From Hydrolagus affinis (Eukaryota), in NCBI GenBank assembly GCA_012026655.1, contig JAAILG010001570.1, positions 1-64,000 of the forward strand: a stretch of 64,000 nucleotides of DNA, written 5' to 3'. Position 1 is the first letter of the stretch. Each line of letters starts with the position of its first letter. This document shows, one piece after another, positions 52,100 through 63,697 of the stretch. Under the pieces are notes generated by a model that saw only the letters and a program-made list of their open reading frames with translations, had not been told where the DNA came from and did no database searches. A program made the translations under genes and the position numbers.

Positions 52100-52300
52100 T
52101 TATTAATAATAATAATAAATAATAATAATAATTTGGTCACTCAACAATCAATCCATGACTGTTTGTGGGATTCTGCTGCGTTTCGCCCATAAAATGTGCA
52201 CTTTATAGTATTATTTAGAGTAAACCCTGTGAAGTGTTTTGGGACGTCTTAAAGATATGCAAAAGCGCTATATCAAATTAGCAAGAATTATTATTATTTG
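52100..52300 (+). mobile_element. SINE 3' half, decayed
   Basis: Body and tail match. Confidence 0.8.
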
Positions 52301-52642
52301 TTTGCCCCAAAATAATAATCATAATAATAATATCTACACAGTACAACTGATAAATCCTATGATGTTCTGATTGGGAGAATTGCAACATAGTACGCGGGCT
52401 GCAATGACACTAAGTAGTATTAAGAGTACAAATCATGTCAATAATTGTAGTTAAGTGGTGAAAGATCAGCGATTACATTAATGCGTTTCACTGCATTTGA
52501 GTTCACTGGCAGCCAATTCCATCGAACGTGCCGAGAGAGTCATCAACAATCGGAAACATACCTTTAAAATAGAGATTGGAGATTGCTGGGCTGCTCCTCA
52601 TCCATTAGTGAGCGGCGAATGCGGTTCATAATATGATTAAAA

Positions 52643-52659
52643 ACACACACACACACACA
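52643..52659. repeat. (CA)n microsatellite
   Basis: Seen directly. Confidence 0.85.
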
Positions 52660-53935
52660 AGCCATTGAACAGCAGTGAATGTCCAGCTACGTTAAAAGGA
52701 ACCTGTAATACCATGCGCTTGTCAACTTTACAGATTAAACTTGTTTTCGATTCAATTCCTGCTTCTTGTGGATGGTGACCCACGTGAGAACTCACTCAAA
52801 GGGGTTCCCTGGGCAGGTGTAGAGGTTGATAAATAAATCTATGCTTTGATATACTGTTGAAGTGCATTAGGCTTTGGGACTGGCTGCAGTCTGCACATTG
52901 AGGACAGCCTTTGGTGGGTCATTCTCCGCAACTATTTCTGGCACAGAAGCAAGTGGAGGCAGCGATATATCTGGAGCACATTTTCACAGAGTGCGCCTTA
53001 AAAAAACATAATTAGTGTAACCTCCGCCTAAAACGTAAAGAGGCAGAGGTTGGTCTGCTCAAGCGCGCGCTTTGAGACGCTAGCAGGTGTGGAGAGCGCT
53101 GAATAAGTGCAAGTTTTTGTAGTTTGTCGTCGTTAGGAGAAGCAGCAAAAAGCAACCTTGTGTTTACAAGAGTCACCGCTGGTGCAGAAAGCCACAAGAC
53201 CCACTTCTTCTCTGTCTCCCTCCTGCTGCTATTGAGTGCTATACTCGGAGCCTGTGCAGTAATTTGCTGCAGTGCCCTTTCTCCCTTTTCCCAGCAATAG
53301 CCTGTCAAGCTGAAGTTTTGACCTATTTGTGGGAGCGTTGTACGCTCCTCATCATTAAGCTATTCGCTACCAGGAATTTCCTGATTGGGAGTCAGCCCAC
53401 ATTGGCAGAAGAAAGCAATTTAACACAATGCCAGCCAGCCTCCCGAGATCTATCAATGACAGAATGCAGCTGGAGGATACACCGGGAGCATAAATGGGAT
53501 ATGGATTTTATTTCATGTGGCCGAGAGCTATTAACTAATGGATGAGGAGGCATAGGCCAGCAGGCCGCAGACTCCAATTTCTATTCCGAAAGGCGGGTGT
53601 ACATATTTTCGAAAGTTGCATGTCTCAGCAGGTGTAATGCAAGAGGAGCTGAAGTACTTAGTGTACGCAGTGAAAGACATTTGGATTAAACTGGCCACCA
53701 CCAACGAGCCACCACTAAATACAATTACTGACACAATTTCGCGTCTCCTATTACTGCTTAATGTCACGCAGAGTCAATCCTGTAATGCAATGTACTTCTC
53801 CCCAAATCAGAACAGCAGAAGCTAAATCCCTTACCCTGCTCTTACAGAGAGGACGCCAAATGAAGAAACGCCAAAACAGCAGCAGCCAAAGCAAAAGCAA
53901 CGGTTCCTATTTTAAAGGCAAGAACAACCATGGCA

Positions 53936-53992
53936 GCAAAATTACATTTGTGTAGCGCCTTTCACGTCGGGAGGACGTCCCGAGGTGTTGAA
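53936..53992 (-). mobile_element. L2 tail-only insertion
   Basis: CAAAATTACATTTGTGTAGCGCCTTTCACGTCGGGAGGACGTCCCGAGGTGTTGAA. Confidence 0.85.
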
Positions 53993-54931
53993 GGCAGACT
54001 AAAAAGCAATATTGTAGCTTCATTATTCCATTTGCCTAACACTACATTTACAGCCCACCGATTCTCTCAATCAGTAGGAATTTTAAATACATTTCCAGCT
54101 GTTCTTTGTAATCCTCGCAAAGGTTGGAGGAGGCTTGGTAACCTTTTAAACACCTGTATTGTTTGTGACTGCTTCTCTTTATGCTTCACATGAGCCTCCA
54201 CTCCTCCTGATAACAAATGGAGAATATGTATTAATCAGCTAAAGCAATGTTATTTATTATGACGATATCCTTATGTGTTATTATCCTGGTTATTGCTCTG
54301 TGTTCTGCATGCTCCGATGTGATTGTCACCTTCATGGCCTTTCTTCTTTCTGCCCGTCGCTTGCCATCACCGCGCGTCAGTAGTAATTTGACTTTCTGCA
54401 CGCTGTAATTCTTCCGCTGATTAATTCCCTTCCGGAATATTGAGTTATGATGCCCTCACCGCCTCTGTCCTCTTCTAATTTATTGCTTGTTTCAATCTTC
54501 ACATCAAACTCAATCAGCTGCAGTCATCAACCGATAAAACTTCCTGCACATCACGTGATTTTTGGGATAGGGTTGGCAGAGAAGCGTAGTCTCCTTCTCC
54601 ACAAGCCCCTTGTAGTTGTGTTGTCACTGTGGACTAAGAATTGCTCTGTTCTTTTCAATCATCCAACATACTTCTCATTGTGCTAACTAAATGCAATTTA
54701 AACTTCTTGTTACATTTTGCGTTTGTAACGTTAAAGGCTTGTCTCGTTTACAAGGTCACGTTCGCTAATGGGAGACAAGATTCCCTCACAATCCCTCCCT
54801 CAGGTCTTACCGTCCTGATACAAAGCATAAAAAACACACTGACACAGGGCTCCTATTTGAGCTTAGGTACTGGCTTTGATTCAGTGAGATTCCCCCTGTC
54901 ACTCATTTAAAAATGTACTTGGAGACATTCC

Positions 54932-55049
54932 ACGTCTCGCCCACATATTTACAGTCAATTCACTTTACAGCAATATTCTGCAAAGCGCTTTGAGATGTCC
55001 AGAAGACGTGAAAAGCACTATATCGAAAGCAAGGATTATTATTATTATT
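54932..55049 (+). mobile_element. SINE 3' fragment
   Basis: Family tail match. Confidence 0.9.
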
Positions 55050-56248
55050 CTCCTATCTTGAAATAAGTGTATCAAATGCAAGGGATTACATTTTATATTT
55101 AATTCCATACATCGTATCTTTGTTGTTTACTTCTCTGCGATTCCTTCTGCCAACGGCAACTCTCTTTCATCCTGGAGGAGGGCGTACAGGTTGATGGGGC
55201 CAAAGGTGATGGTGGTTAGGAGAGTTGGGCGGGTGGGGGTGGTGGGGGGGTGTAGAGGAGATGTCCTCCAGTAGAGAAGGCAGCATGACCTTAATGTCAT
55301 TTGGTTTCTCTGGAGGGGAGAAATCCCACCTAGCATCCCGGTAAAGAACTGACAAAACCCATTGCACATTCCGTTGGCTGATGTGAGCACGAGGCAACAC
55401 TGAAGCTTCAACCTGTGACCAAAGGGATGTTAGCACTATTACTCACTGAACTGCAGGTCCCTGCACCAAACACAAGTAATAGCTGCCCCCACGCATGTCA
55501 TCTGTCATAAAAAAACACAGATAGACAAAGGACTGACGGTTGAGACCAGAGGTCGGGTACATCAATCTTCTGATCTACTTCATTTTGGCACGTCAGTAAT
55601 ATACACACTGAACTGATTGTTGCAATCAACTATCGACTATTCTCCCAGCACTTGCACAGTCAGTTACCTTTACAGTATAAAGGCTTTGAGATGTCTCGAA
55701 GATGTGGTGTGGTGCTATAGCAAATACAAGGATTATTATTACTATTATTATGACACAGTAATTTTAGGCATTTTGGTAAAAAAACACCAGGAGCTTCTTT
55801 TTTGTTTCACAATCATCACAAAACTCACTGAGTTTTTGTACACGTTTCATCCCTCCTCTGCAAACCAGCCCTAGAATATATATATAAGCGCAGAAATTTT
55901 AATAGTTACAGGGAGAGCGAGGTGAAGCAAACAGGTTTGTAAAGTCACATTTGAAGGATGGATGGAAATGTCCAACAAAGCACCTGCCTGGAGAGTCAGG
56001 CTAGATTACAGACTCGTGATCTGCTTTAGGATTTGAAGCTGCCAATTTTGTACCCAGAAGTAAGAAGTTGACATGTTACCAGTCAACAAAAGATACGGCA
56101 AAACAGTTTCTTTCCCTAATGATATTTTATGAGGTTGGACTTGCTCTCTCCCATTTATTCGCCATTGGAGAAGACTAGTGAGATACTTCACTGGTCATTG
56201 AGTTGGCACTTTCCACACAGGGTACTTGCCAACGATACACTTTATCTT

Positions 56249-56579
56249 TAATAATAATAATAATCCTTGCATTTGATACAGCGCTTTTCACATCTTATCG
56301 ATGTCTCAAAGCAATTCACAGAATATACTATAAAGTGAATTGACTGCATATTTGTGGAAGAAACGAGGCAGTCGATTGGACACAGCAATGTCCCACAAAC
56401 AGTCGTGGATTGAAATGACCAATTTTTATTGTTGTGGGTTTTTTTTGGTCAGAATATTATTAGGGGTGTGTGTGGAGTAAGGTAACCTGCCCAAGGTTTC
56501 GCCCTGATCTGCCTGGATTTGAACACAGGTCTCACGCTTGTAAGGGCGAGTGCTCTAACCACTGAGCTACTGGAGCTCC
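56249..56579 (-). mobile_element. tRNA-derived SINE, full length
   Basis: Family match. Confidence 0.95.
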
Positions 56580-58054
56580 ACATCCCTAAGAATCCCTACA
56601 AAATCAATGACGGCTTGCCAACCAATACATATCTGTTTAAGTGATGAATAAATCTTTATAGCAAAGATGGGACTACGTGTTGAACTCTTGTTAAACATTG
56701 CGCTCAGTTTCCAGTTCCTCAAACTACTGTAAAATGTGAGGGAGTTTAGAAATGAGTGCTACTCTTTCTGGTTAGTGGAAAACAGTAAATAAAATGTGTT
56801 CTGGCACCTGGGGCGTGTTTGGGTAATTAATAGACTGAACTGGCTAGACCTCTGTACCGTTCTTGCAACATGAATCTTCTTCTTCCTTTCCATTCAGCTA
56901 AAAGTTGCTTTTCACAGGCTGTCAGTTTTCCCTTGTGTAGTTTTCCCCAACGACGTTAGTCCTTCTTGATGCTCGCGAGATATTTGCGGAGATTGGAAGT
57001 GGCAGAGGCAATCAAAGAACCTCAGTGAAATTATTACACAGACACCATTGCATTAGAAGTTTCAACTTGATGAAAATCAGATATCTAATTAGTATTTGAA
57101 CACAAGACCCAGGTCACACTAATAAAGTTACTGTTGGTAGTGTTTTGTATCTATCAAATGCTAGTTTCAATGCAGTTTCAACTACTGGATCAAATAGATG
57201 CTTGCAATGTATCATACCTAATAATTCCTCAACACACTGCTCTCACAATGGCCAAGTAGAATTGAACATTGCAGTAGTTTTGGTGGAAAAAATTGCCATT
57301 GCCTTGAGCCATTGTACTTTAAGGCATATCTTGTGAAATGCTTGGAGATAGATACCTTCCCTATTATTATTATATTATTATTATCTTTGAAAGCTGCGGA
57401 CAAAGCCAATTCATAAGCATCACACTCTTTGAAACCATATGAAATGGACAGCCCATTGCGTCTTCTTTGAAACAACAAGACACAATCTTTTTAAATTGAA
57501 AGCTGCGAAGTCGAACAAAAGACATTCTTGAATTGAAACTCACATCATTTTCTTTTTAATTGACAATCAGCAAATCCTAAAATGGCATCCGAAGCAATTT
57601 TGTTGGCAATCAGAGGCCAAAAAAATAAAACATTTAACACTGGGACTAATGGGCTCGCTTTTGGGGTTATCACTTTAATAATAGGATGCCTGGAACGGCA
57701 GCCAGCAGCAATGACAATGATCTTTCATCATAGATCATGAAATCAATCAGAACATTTGCTAATAATCCATTACAATGATGATCCACAAGGGACTCCTTAG
57801 CGTAAACGAACTCATTTGGAAATCTAGCGATAAGCCAGCGACAGCAGTTTTGCCCTGATTCAACGTGATAGCGATAGCTTGGCTTGAGGTGAGCCAAAAC
57901 CCAGGAGACCAGAGCCTGAATTTGGTCGGAAGGATTTTGCGATGAAGGTGACACGGAAAACAACATACGGTTCCACCTAAAGTAGCCATCAGAGACAAGA
58001 AAAAGTTAGTATTGTACATTATAAAAGTTAAAGAAGGCATGACGCCAATTTTGT

Positions 58055-58258
58055 CCCTGTGCCTGGCCCCCCTCCCTGTCCTACTTCAAGTCCCGCCTCT
58101 TCGACGGTTGCATCGATCACAGCAAATCCCCCCCTTTCCCTCCACACTCCCCGTCCCCACCTCAGCTCGGGTCTGAAACAATGACTGTCCAGTGACTTGG
58201 GACGTTCTCCTGACATGAAAGGCGCTATACAAGTGTAATTTTGTTGTTGCTGTTTGTT
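58055..58258 (+). mobile_element. L2 LINE 3' end
   Basis: TTCAAGTCCCGCCTCTTCGAC, C-rich UTR, then GACTTGGGACGTTCTCCTGACATGAAAGGCGCTATACAAGTGTAATTTT(GTT)n. Confidence 0.85.
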
Positions 58259-58270
58259 CTGTGGTGATGT

Positions 58271-58550
58271 TTGCATTTGATATCGCGCTTTTCACGTCTT
58301 CTAGACGTCTCAAAGCGCTTCACAGAGTATAAACTGAATTGACTGTATATTTGTGGGTGAAACTCAGCAGCCAATTGCGCACAGCAATGTCCCACAAAAA
58401 GTCGTGGACTCATTTTTTTATCATTTTTTTTAACTTTTGAGCGATTATTACGGAGACAGGAAACATGCCCAAAGTTTAGTCTGCTGGGAATTGAACCCAG
58501 GTCTTTCGCTTGCAAGCTGAGTACTTCCCAAACACCACGCTACAGGACTC
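58271..58550 (-). mobile_element. tRNA-derived SINE, tail-to-tail with the L2
   Basis: Family match. Confidence 0.9.
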
Positions 58551-59554
58551 CATGATGGAAAAGGAGAGAGATGAGAACAGTCACCCACACGTTACTGGCA
58601 TAGAGCTTCATGGTCTTTTCACCGTGGCCTCGCTGTTGCTTTTAGAGCCACAATTGTCCACAAAATTCTGTGTCACATTGCTTGCAGTATGAAAGCTTCG
58701 GGGTTTGGAGTTTGGCGAGGGTTAATCTGTTACAAAAATAACAATCCTTGCATTTGATATAATGCCTTATCACATCGGAAGGATGTCTCAAAGCAATATT
58801 TTACTGTGAAATGGAGTGATTGTGCATTTCTGGCAGGACAACGTGATAAGACGTTCTATCAAATGCGAGGATTGTTATAATTCTTGCGTTTGATGAAGTG
58901 CCTTACCATGTTGTGAAGATGTCTCCAGGACATGTTGTGTCAGATTACTGTGAAGGGAAATGACTGTGTATTCTGTAGGCGAACATGGCAGTCAATTTGC
59001 ACACAGCAACCCCCACAACGACCCAAAAAATATTGCCTCGAGTGGAATTGATTCTTTCTGTTACAAAATGTTGCTGTAGATGATATTTTTTTGCACACTT
59101 GATGTTTAAACCTATCAAGATTGATGATTCCTCACTCACCAGGCCACCCAACCATCAGGACACTCCAATCTATGCTGCTTTCACAAATAAAAACTGCGCA
59201 GCTCTACGCTCAGCAAAAAAAAACCTGTACCATATTTTATTTTGCCAATGGAACTCAAGAAACTCAACCAAAGCAGTGTATTATCTACTTGAAAGATGGT
59301 ATACCATGACATGATCAATGAGATTATACTATCTGAGGCTTTGCAGAAGGAGAATTAATCTGGAGCCATTATTTGGCTACTTTCAGGAATTTAATTCACC
59401 TCCGGATACAGAAAAGTCTGAGAGCCACAGCAAGCTGATAAGCAAAGGAATTAATTTAGAGCAATTCAAAGCCTGGTCCATATAAAGTAGAAATCAGAGA
59501 TCAGAAAAGTTTAGTATTGCACATTATGGAAGTTAAAGAACAACAACAACAACA

Positions 59555-59930
59555 AGAGCACTCACCTTACAAGCGAGAGACGTGGGTTTGATTCCTGGCA
59601 AAACCTTGGGCAAGTTTCCTTACTCCACACCCCTGATAATAATCCCTCAAGAAAACCCCCCAATAATAAACTGATCATTTCAATCCACACCTGTTTGTGG
59701 AAAACTGCTGTGTGCAAATGCCTGCTGAGTTTCGCCCACAAATATACAGTCAATTCATCAACAACAACAACAACAACTTCGATTTATATAGCGCCCTCCA
59801 CGCTGGACGGCATCTCAGAGCGCTTCCACAGTCAATTCACTGTACCATATATTCTGTGAAACACTTTGTGACATATCGAGAAGAGGTGGTAAGGCGCTAT
59901 ATCAAATGCGAGGATTAGTAACATCATCAT
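59555..59930 (+). mobile_element. SINE carrying a 70-bp insertion (59758-59827)
   Basis: Family match, with ACAGTCAATTCA duplicated on both sides of the insert. Confidence 0.9.
59758..59827 (-). mobile_element. Tail-only retro-insertion with a 12-bp TSD
   Basis: Minus strand GGAAGCGCTCTGAGATGCCGTCCAGCGTGGAGGGCGCTATATAAATCGAA(GTT)6GA; TSD at 59746-59757 and 59828-59839. Confidence 0.9.
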
Positions 59931-60374
59931 TATTCCCTGTTCTGTGAAATTGAAATAATTACCCATTACTCTTAACTAATTAAGCTGGATCAATATGATG
60001 TAAAATTTCTCTTGGATATGGGCAAACTACTGATTACTGCAGCCCAGCGGGCATTCTCTGATTCATTTTGCACATAACCTTTGCGATGTCCTTTAAAATG
60101 GCAGAATCGTGCAATCGAAATGCGCCAAAACGTAACCAAATCATTCATCAATGACTTCTAACTGATGAAGGAATCGTTGATACCCGAGCGATTGATGAAT
60201 GAGATGTTGTGCCCTTTGGCTCTTGGCTTCAGAATAAATCACACCGATGAGTTACAACTGAGAAAGACTTGATGCAGGCAAATCTATGCCAATTAATTCA
60301 ACATCTGATTCAAACAACCTACTGGAACAAGGCAGCAGTGTCATTGGCCATTTGAGAGATGGGCGTTAAACAAC

Positions 60375-60691
60375 TAATAATAATCCTTGCATTTGATATA
60401 GCGCTTTTCACATCTTATCAACGTCTCAAAGCGCTTCACAGAATATACTGTAAAATGAATTGACTGTATGTTTGTGGGCGAAACCTGGCAGCTAATTGCG
60501 CACAGCAGTGTCCCCACAAACAGTCGTGGATTGAAAATGACCAATTTTTATTAGTGTGTTTTTTTTGGGATGGATTATTATTAGGCATATGGAGTAAGGA
60601 AACTTGCCCAAGGTTTCGCCCTGATCTGCCTGGATTTGAAACACAGGTCTCACGCTTGTAAGGCGAGTGCTCTAAGAGCTACAGGAGTTCC
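60375..60691 (-). mobile_element. tRNA-derived SINE, full length
   Basis: Family match. Confidence 0.95.
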
Positions 60692-61916
60692 ACTGGAAAC
60701 AGTTCCCAGAAATAATTGGGAAATGAATAGTTTTTAAGTCAGCTGGGGTCACATTCTTGTTGCAATGTGAGTTTCAACACTAATTATTACTGAGATACAG
60801 TACTTCATCGAATTTTGGTTAACCATGAACTAACTCTAAGTCCTTCTCAGTCAAACATAATCAATGCTCACTTTTCAAGGCCCTCCTTCTAGAGGCTGCC
60901 ACAGATTTCCATTTGGGATTTTTCTTAGAGGGAACAAAACACACAATCTATCTAGAGCGAAATTCCACCTGGGTCTGAAATTGCTCCATTTATGTAGAGT
61001 TTCATAACGACCAGGATTCCTCATTTAGTTTTAGGAAGAAGAATTCAACATAGACCATCAATCCACTTTACACTTTATATCCCGTGAAACGCTTTAAGAC
61101 ATCTCAATGACGTGATAAAGCACTATATTAGGATTAATATTATATTATTATCACCCAACAAGAAACCAGGGGAAGGTGACTTTTGGTTTCAAAAAGTGGG
61201 AATCGCACAATCTACGAACGCATGAAATGTGAATGACAAGAATGATCACATGCAGCTAAAATCAGATTTGTTTTTGACTGCTTCACCTCTACTGACGGTA
61301 AGATTCTTCACATGGAAGACAGCAGGGCAGATATCAGCAGCTCTGTGCTGCCCGAAGCAAGTGTCTTCAGACCGTTTAGCAAATGGTAGGAAACCTACTG
61401 TGTTTCCTTCACTTCCAACGCACTTTCCCTACAGCTAGTGCATGTTTTGTCCCCCCTGAAAATACTTGCATCAGTAATATGGAAGGAGGAATTAGCTGGA
61501 ATAGTTGTTAATAAAGGCTGTAGACACACAGGGTCTGATTATGTGCTTTGCCTGTTGATCGATTCTTTCACTTTGTTTGAAGGTTAATTCAATGTTGGCG
61601 TCTAACTTGCGTTATTTCTTAATTATGAATTCCGAACAAGGACTGCTTCTGTCACGGGCTGTGCATTGGGTTTGTATATACCAACTCAAGAGATTCTCTG
61701 CTCTAAATCTAAAGATAGCATCAGGTTGAGTGAAGTTCCCGCTTATCTGTGTCACAGACATAGATTTTGTAATTAAGAAACCTTGAAGAAATGCCACAAA
61801 TTAGATGCTTGTGTTTCAGTTTAATTCCATGTTTCATAAAACATAGGTTATTAATTAAATTTGTATAGACTTCTGTATTTGTCTTTAATATTGCGCATTT
61901 TGGATTTCATTTTGCA

Positions 61917-61985
61917 TTTCAGCGCTTTGGGATGTCCTCCCGATGTGAAAGGCGCTATATAAGTGCAATTTTGTTGTTTGTTGTT
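61917..61985 (+). mobile_element. L2 tail-only insertion
   Basis: TTTCAGCGCTTTGGGATGTCCTCCCGATGTGAAAGGCGCTATATAAGTGCAATTTTGTTGTT. Confidence 0.85.
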
Positions 61986-62584
61986 CATTATATTAATTCT
62001 GGTAAAAAGGTATTTTTATTTGTTCTTCGGACAATGTCCTCTTCGTGACGTTGCGCTAAAGTCACCTTCAAACAACTTCAGCTCTTACATTGGCAACTTG
62101 TGTCACCTTCATTGATGGAATCTGCCAAACATTTTTAAGATGTTAACTAGGCAGTTCTTTTTAACTAGTAAATGACTTGTGGCTTGAGGAAGAGAAATGG
62201 TGGTTACATTATATCCTCTCCGTAAGACTAATCTGTTAGGGGGGAGTACAGAAACTGATGACTGCATCAAGTAGCTACCACGGATATCCACATCAATGCA
62301 AATGGTTGCTATTTGATCTACTTCAAGAACACATTCAAACAAGAGATCACGAGACAAAACGAACTGACTGAAGGCTAGGGTCATTCAGGAATAGCAAAAC
62401 TTGTCAATATATCTTTTCTTTATTGTCTCTCTTTTATTTTCACAATTAGAGGATCATTTGTTGTGCAGGAAAGATAAGCTCAATCCAGATGAGGTATAAT
62501 CAGTGGAGCACACGTGGATAATGAAGTTAAGACTTTTTGTATATCATGTAAAGCGACCCAGATAAATAATAAGAAGAATCAAAG

Positions 62585-62727
62585 TAATTCTTGCATCTGA
62601 TATAGCGCTTTTCATGTCTTCTAGGCGTCTCTAAGCGCTTCACAGAGTATCCTGTAAAGTGAATTGACTATATATTTGGGCACGAAACGTGGCAGCCAAT
62701 TGTGCACAGCAGTGTCCCCACAAACAA
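62585..62727 (-). mobile_element. SINE 3' half
   Basis: Family match. Confidence 0.9.
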
Positions 62728-62884
62728 ATCATAAATCCTAAAGAGAAAAAGCATTTCATTCCCCAGCACTAAAAATTAATATAGTTATGGAAGAACACTT
62801 AAGAAAGTGGAAAAGATTACCGGTAAAAAAGAGAAGTAATGAACAGACCTGTAGTATATTTGACCTACAAACAGGCGAGAGACC

Positions 62885-63190
62885 AAATAATAATAATAAT
62901 CCTTGCGTTTGACATAGTGCTTTATCACATCATCAAGACGTCTCAAAGCACTTCACTGAATACACTGTGAAACTGATTAACTGTGTATGTGTTGGACAAA
63001 ACGCAATAGCCAGTTTGGCCCAAACCAACATTCCACAAACGGCTATGGAGTGAGCGATTAATTTTATTTGAGGGATTGTTGGCCAGGATACCAGGTGAAT
63101 AGAGGCAAGGGATCTTTAATATGGCTACCTGAACAGATGGGACCTCAGTTTAATGTCTCATTCAAAGGACAGCACCTCCTACAATCCAAC
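62885..63190 (-). mobile_element. Old Deu-type SINE
   Basis: Tail and body, then TTGAGGGATTGTTGGCCAGGATACCAGG..GGGATCTTTAAT..ACCTGAACAGATGGGACCTCAGTTTAATGTCTCATTCAAAGGACAGCACCTCC. Confidence 0.85.
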
Positions 63191-63676
63191 AGTCCACCCA
63201 GTAACAACTAACTGTATACATTTGTAAAGGAACATAGCAGCCAATGTACAAGATACACAGTCACTACTCTTCACAGTAAATCCCGTGAAGTGCCTGGTGA
63301 GGTGTCGATGGGTGACAAGACGCTAAATCAAAACGCAGGGATTATTTAGCACCATTGATGGTCAGAAAAATGCCACAGAGATGTTGAGTCAAATAATGTA
63401 TTTTGTAACGTAGATACACAATGCCAAAAAACAGCCACCTCCAGCACTGAATGATTACTCCCCCACATAATTCGTCTGCTGAAAATAAGGTCTCCACCAC
63501 AAAGGAAGTTTTCACAGTGAAGACATTTTGCTAATGTATTCTGATCACAATATCTCAAGATTCACTCTCACCACTACACCCACAATGCACTTAGCACCGT
63601 ATCTGAACCATAACTGAAGGCAATACTGCTGTTTGCTCAATCTGCACCAACCATTCGACTGTTCTGCCCATCTCCG

Positions 63677-63697
63677 TCTCTCTCTCTCTCTCTCTCT
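63677..63697. repeat. (TC)n microsatellite
   Basis: Seen directly. Confidence 0.9.

Larger units (their letters stand above)
57972..59540 (+). repeat. Pair of 64-bp direct repeats (57972-58035 and 59477-59540)
   Basis: Ungapped manual alignment gives 53/64 identity; matches none of the repeat families recognised here. Confidence 0.85.

Noticed and set aside
57973-58035. 64-bp repeat as duplicated coding exons (PPKVAIRDKKKLVLYIIKVKE vs PYKVEIRDQKSLVLHIMEVKE)
   Set aside because: Nearly all differences are non-synonymous, stops lie just upstream in both copies, and there are no convincing splice sites.
789-59918. Recurring ORF peptides such as [16 protein letters not shown] and HDCLWDTAV suggesting a gene family
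   Set aside because: They are translations of the SINE body in varying frames and strands, with scattered stops and indels.
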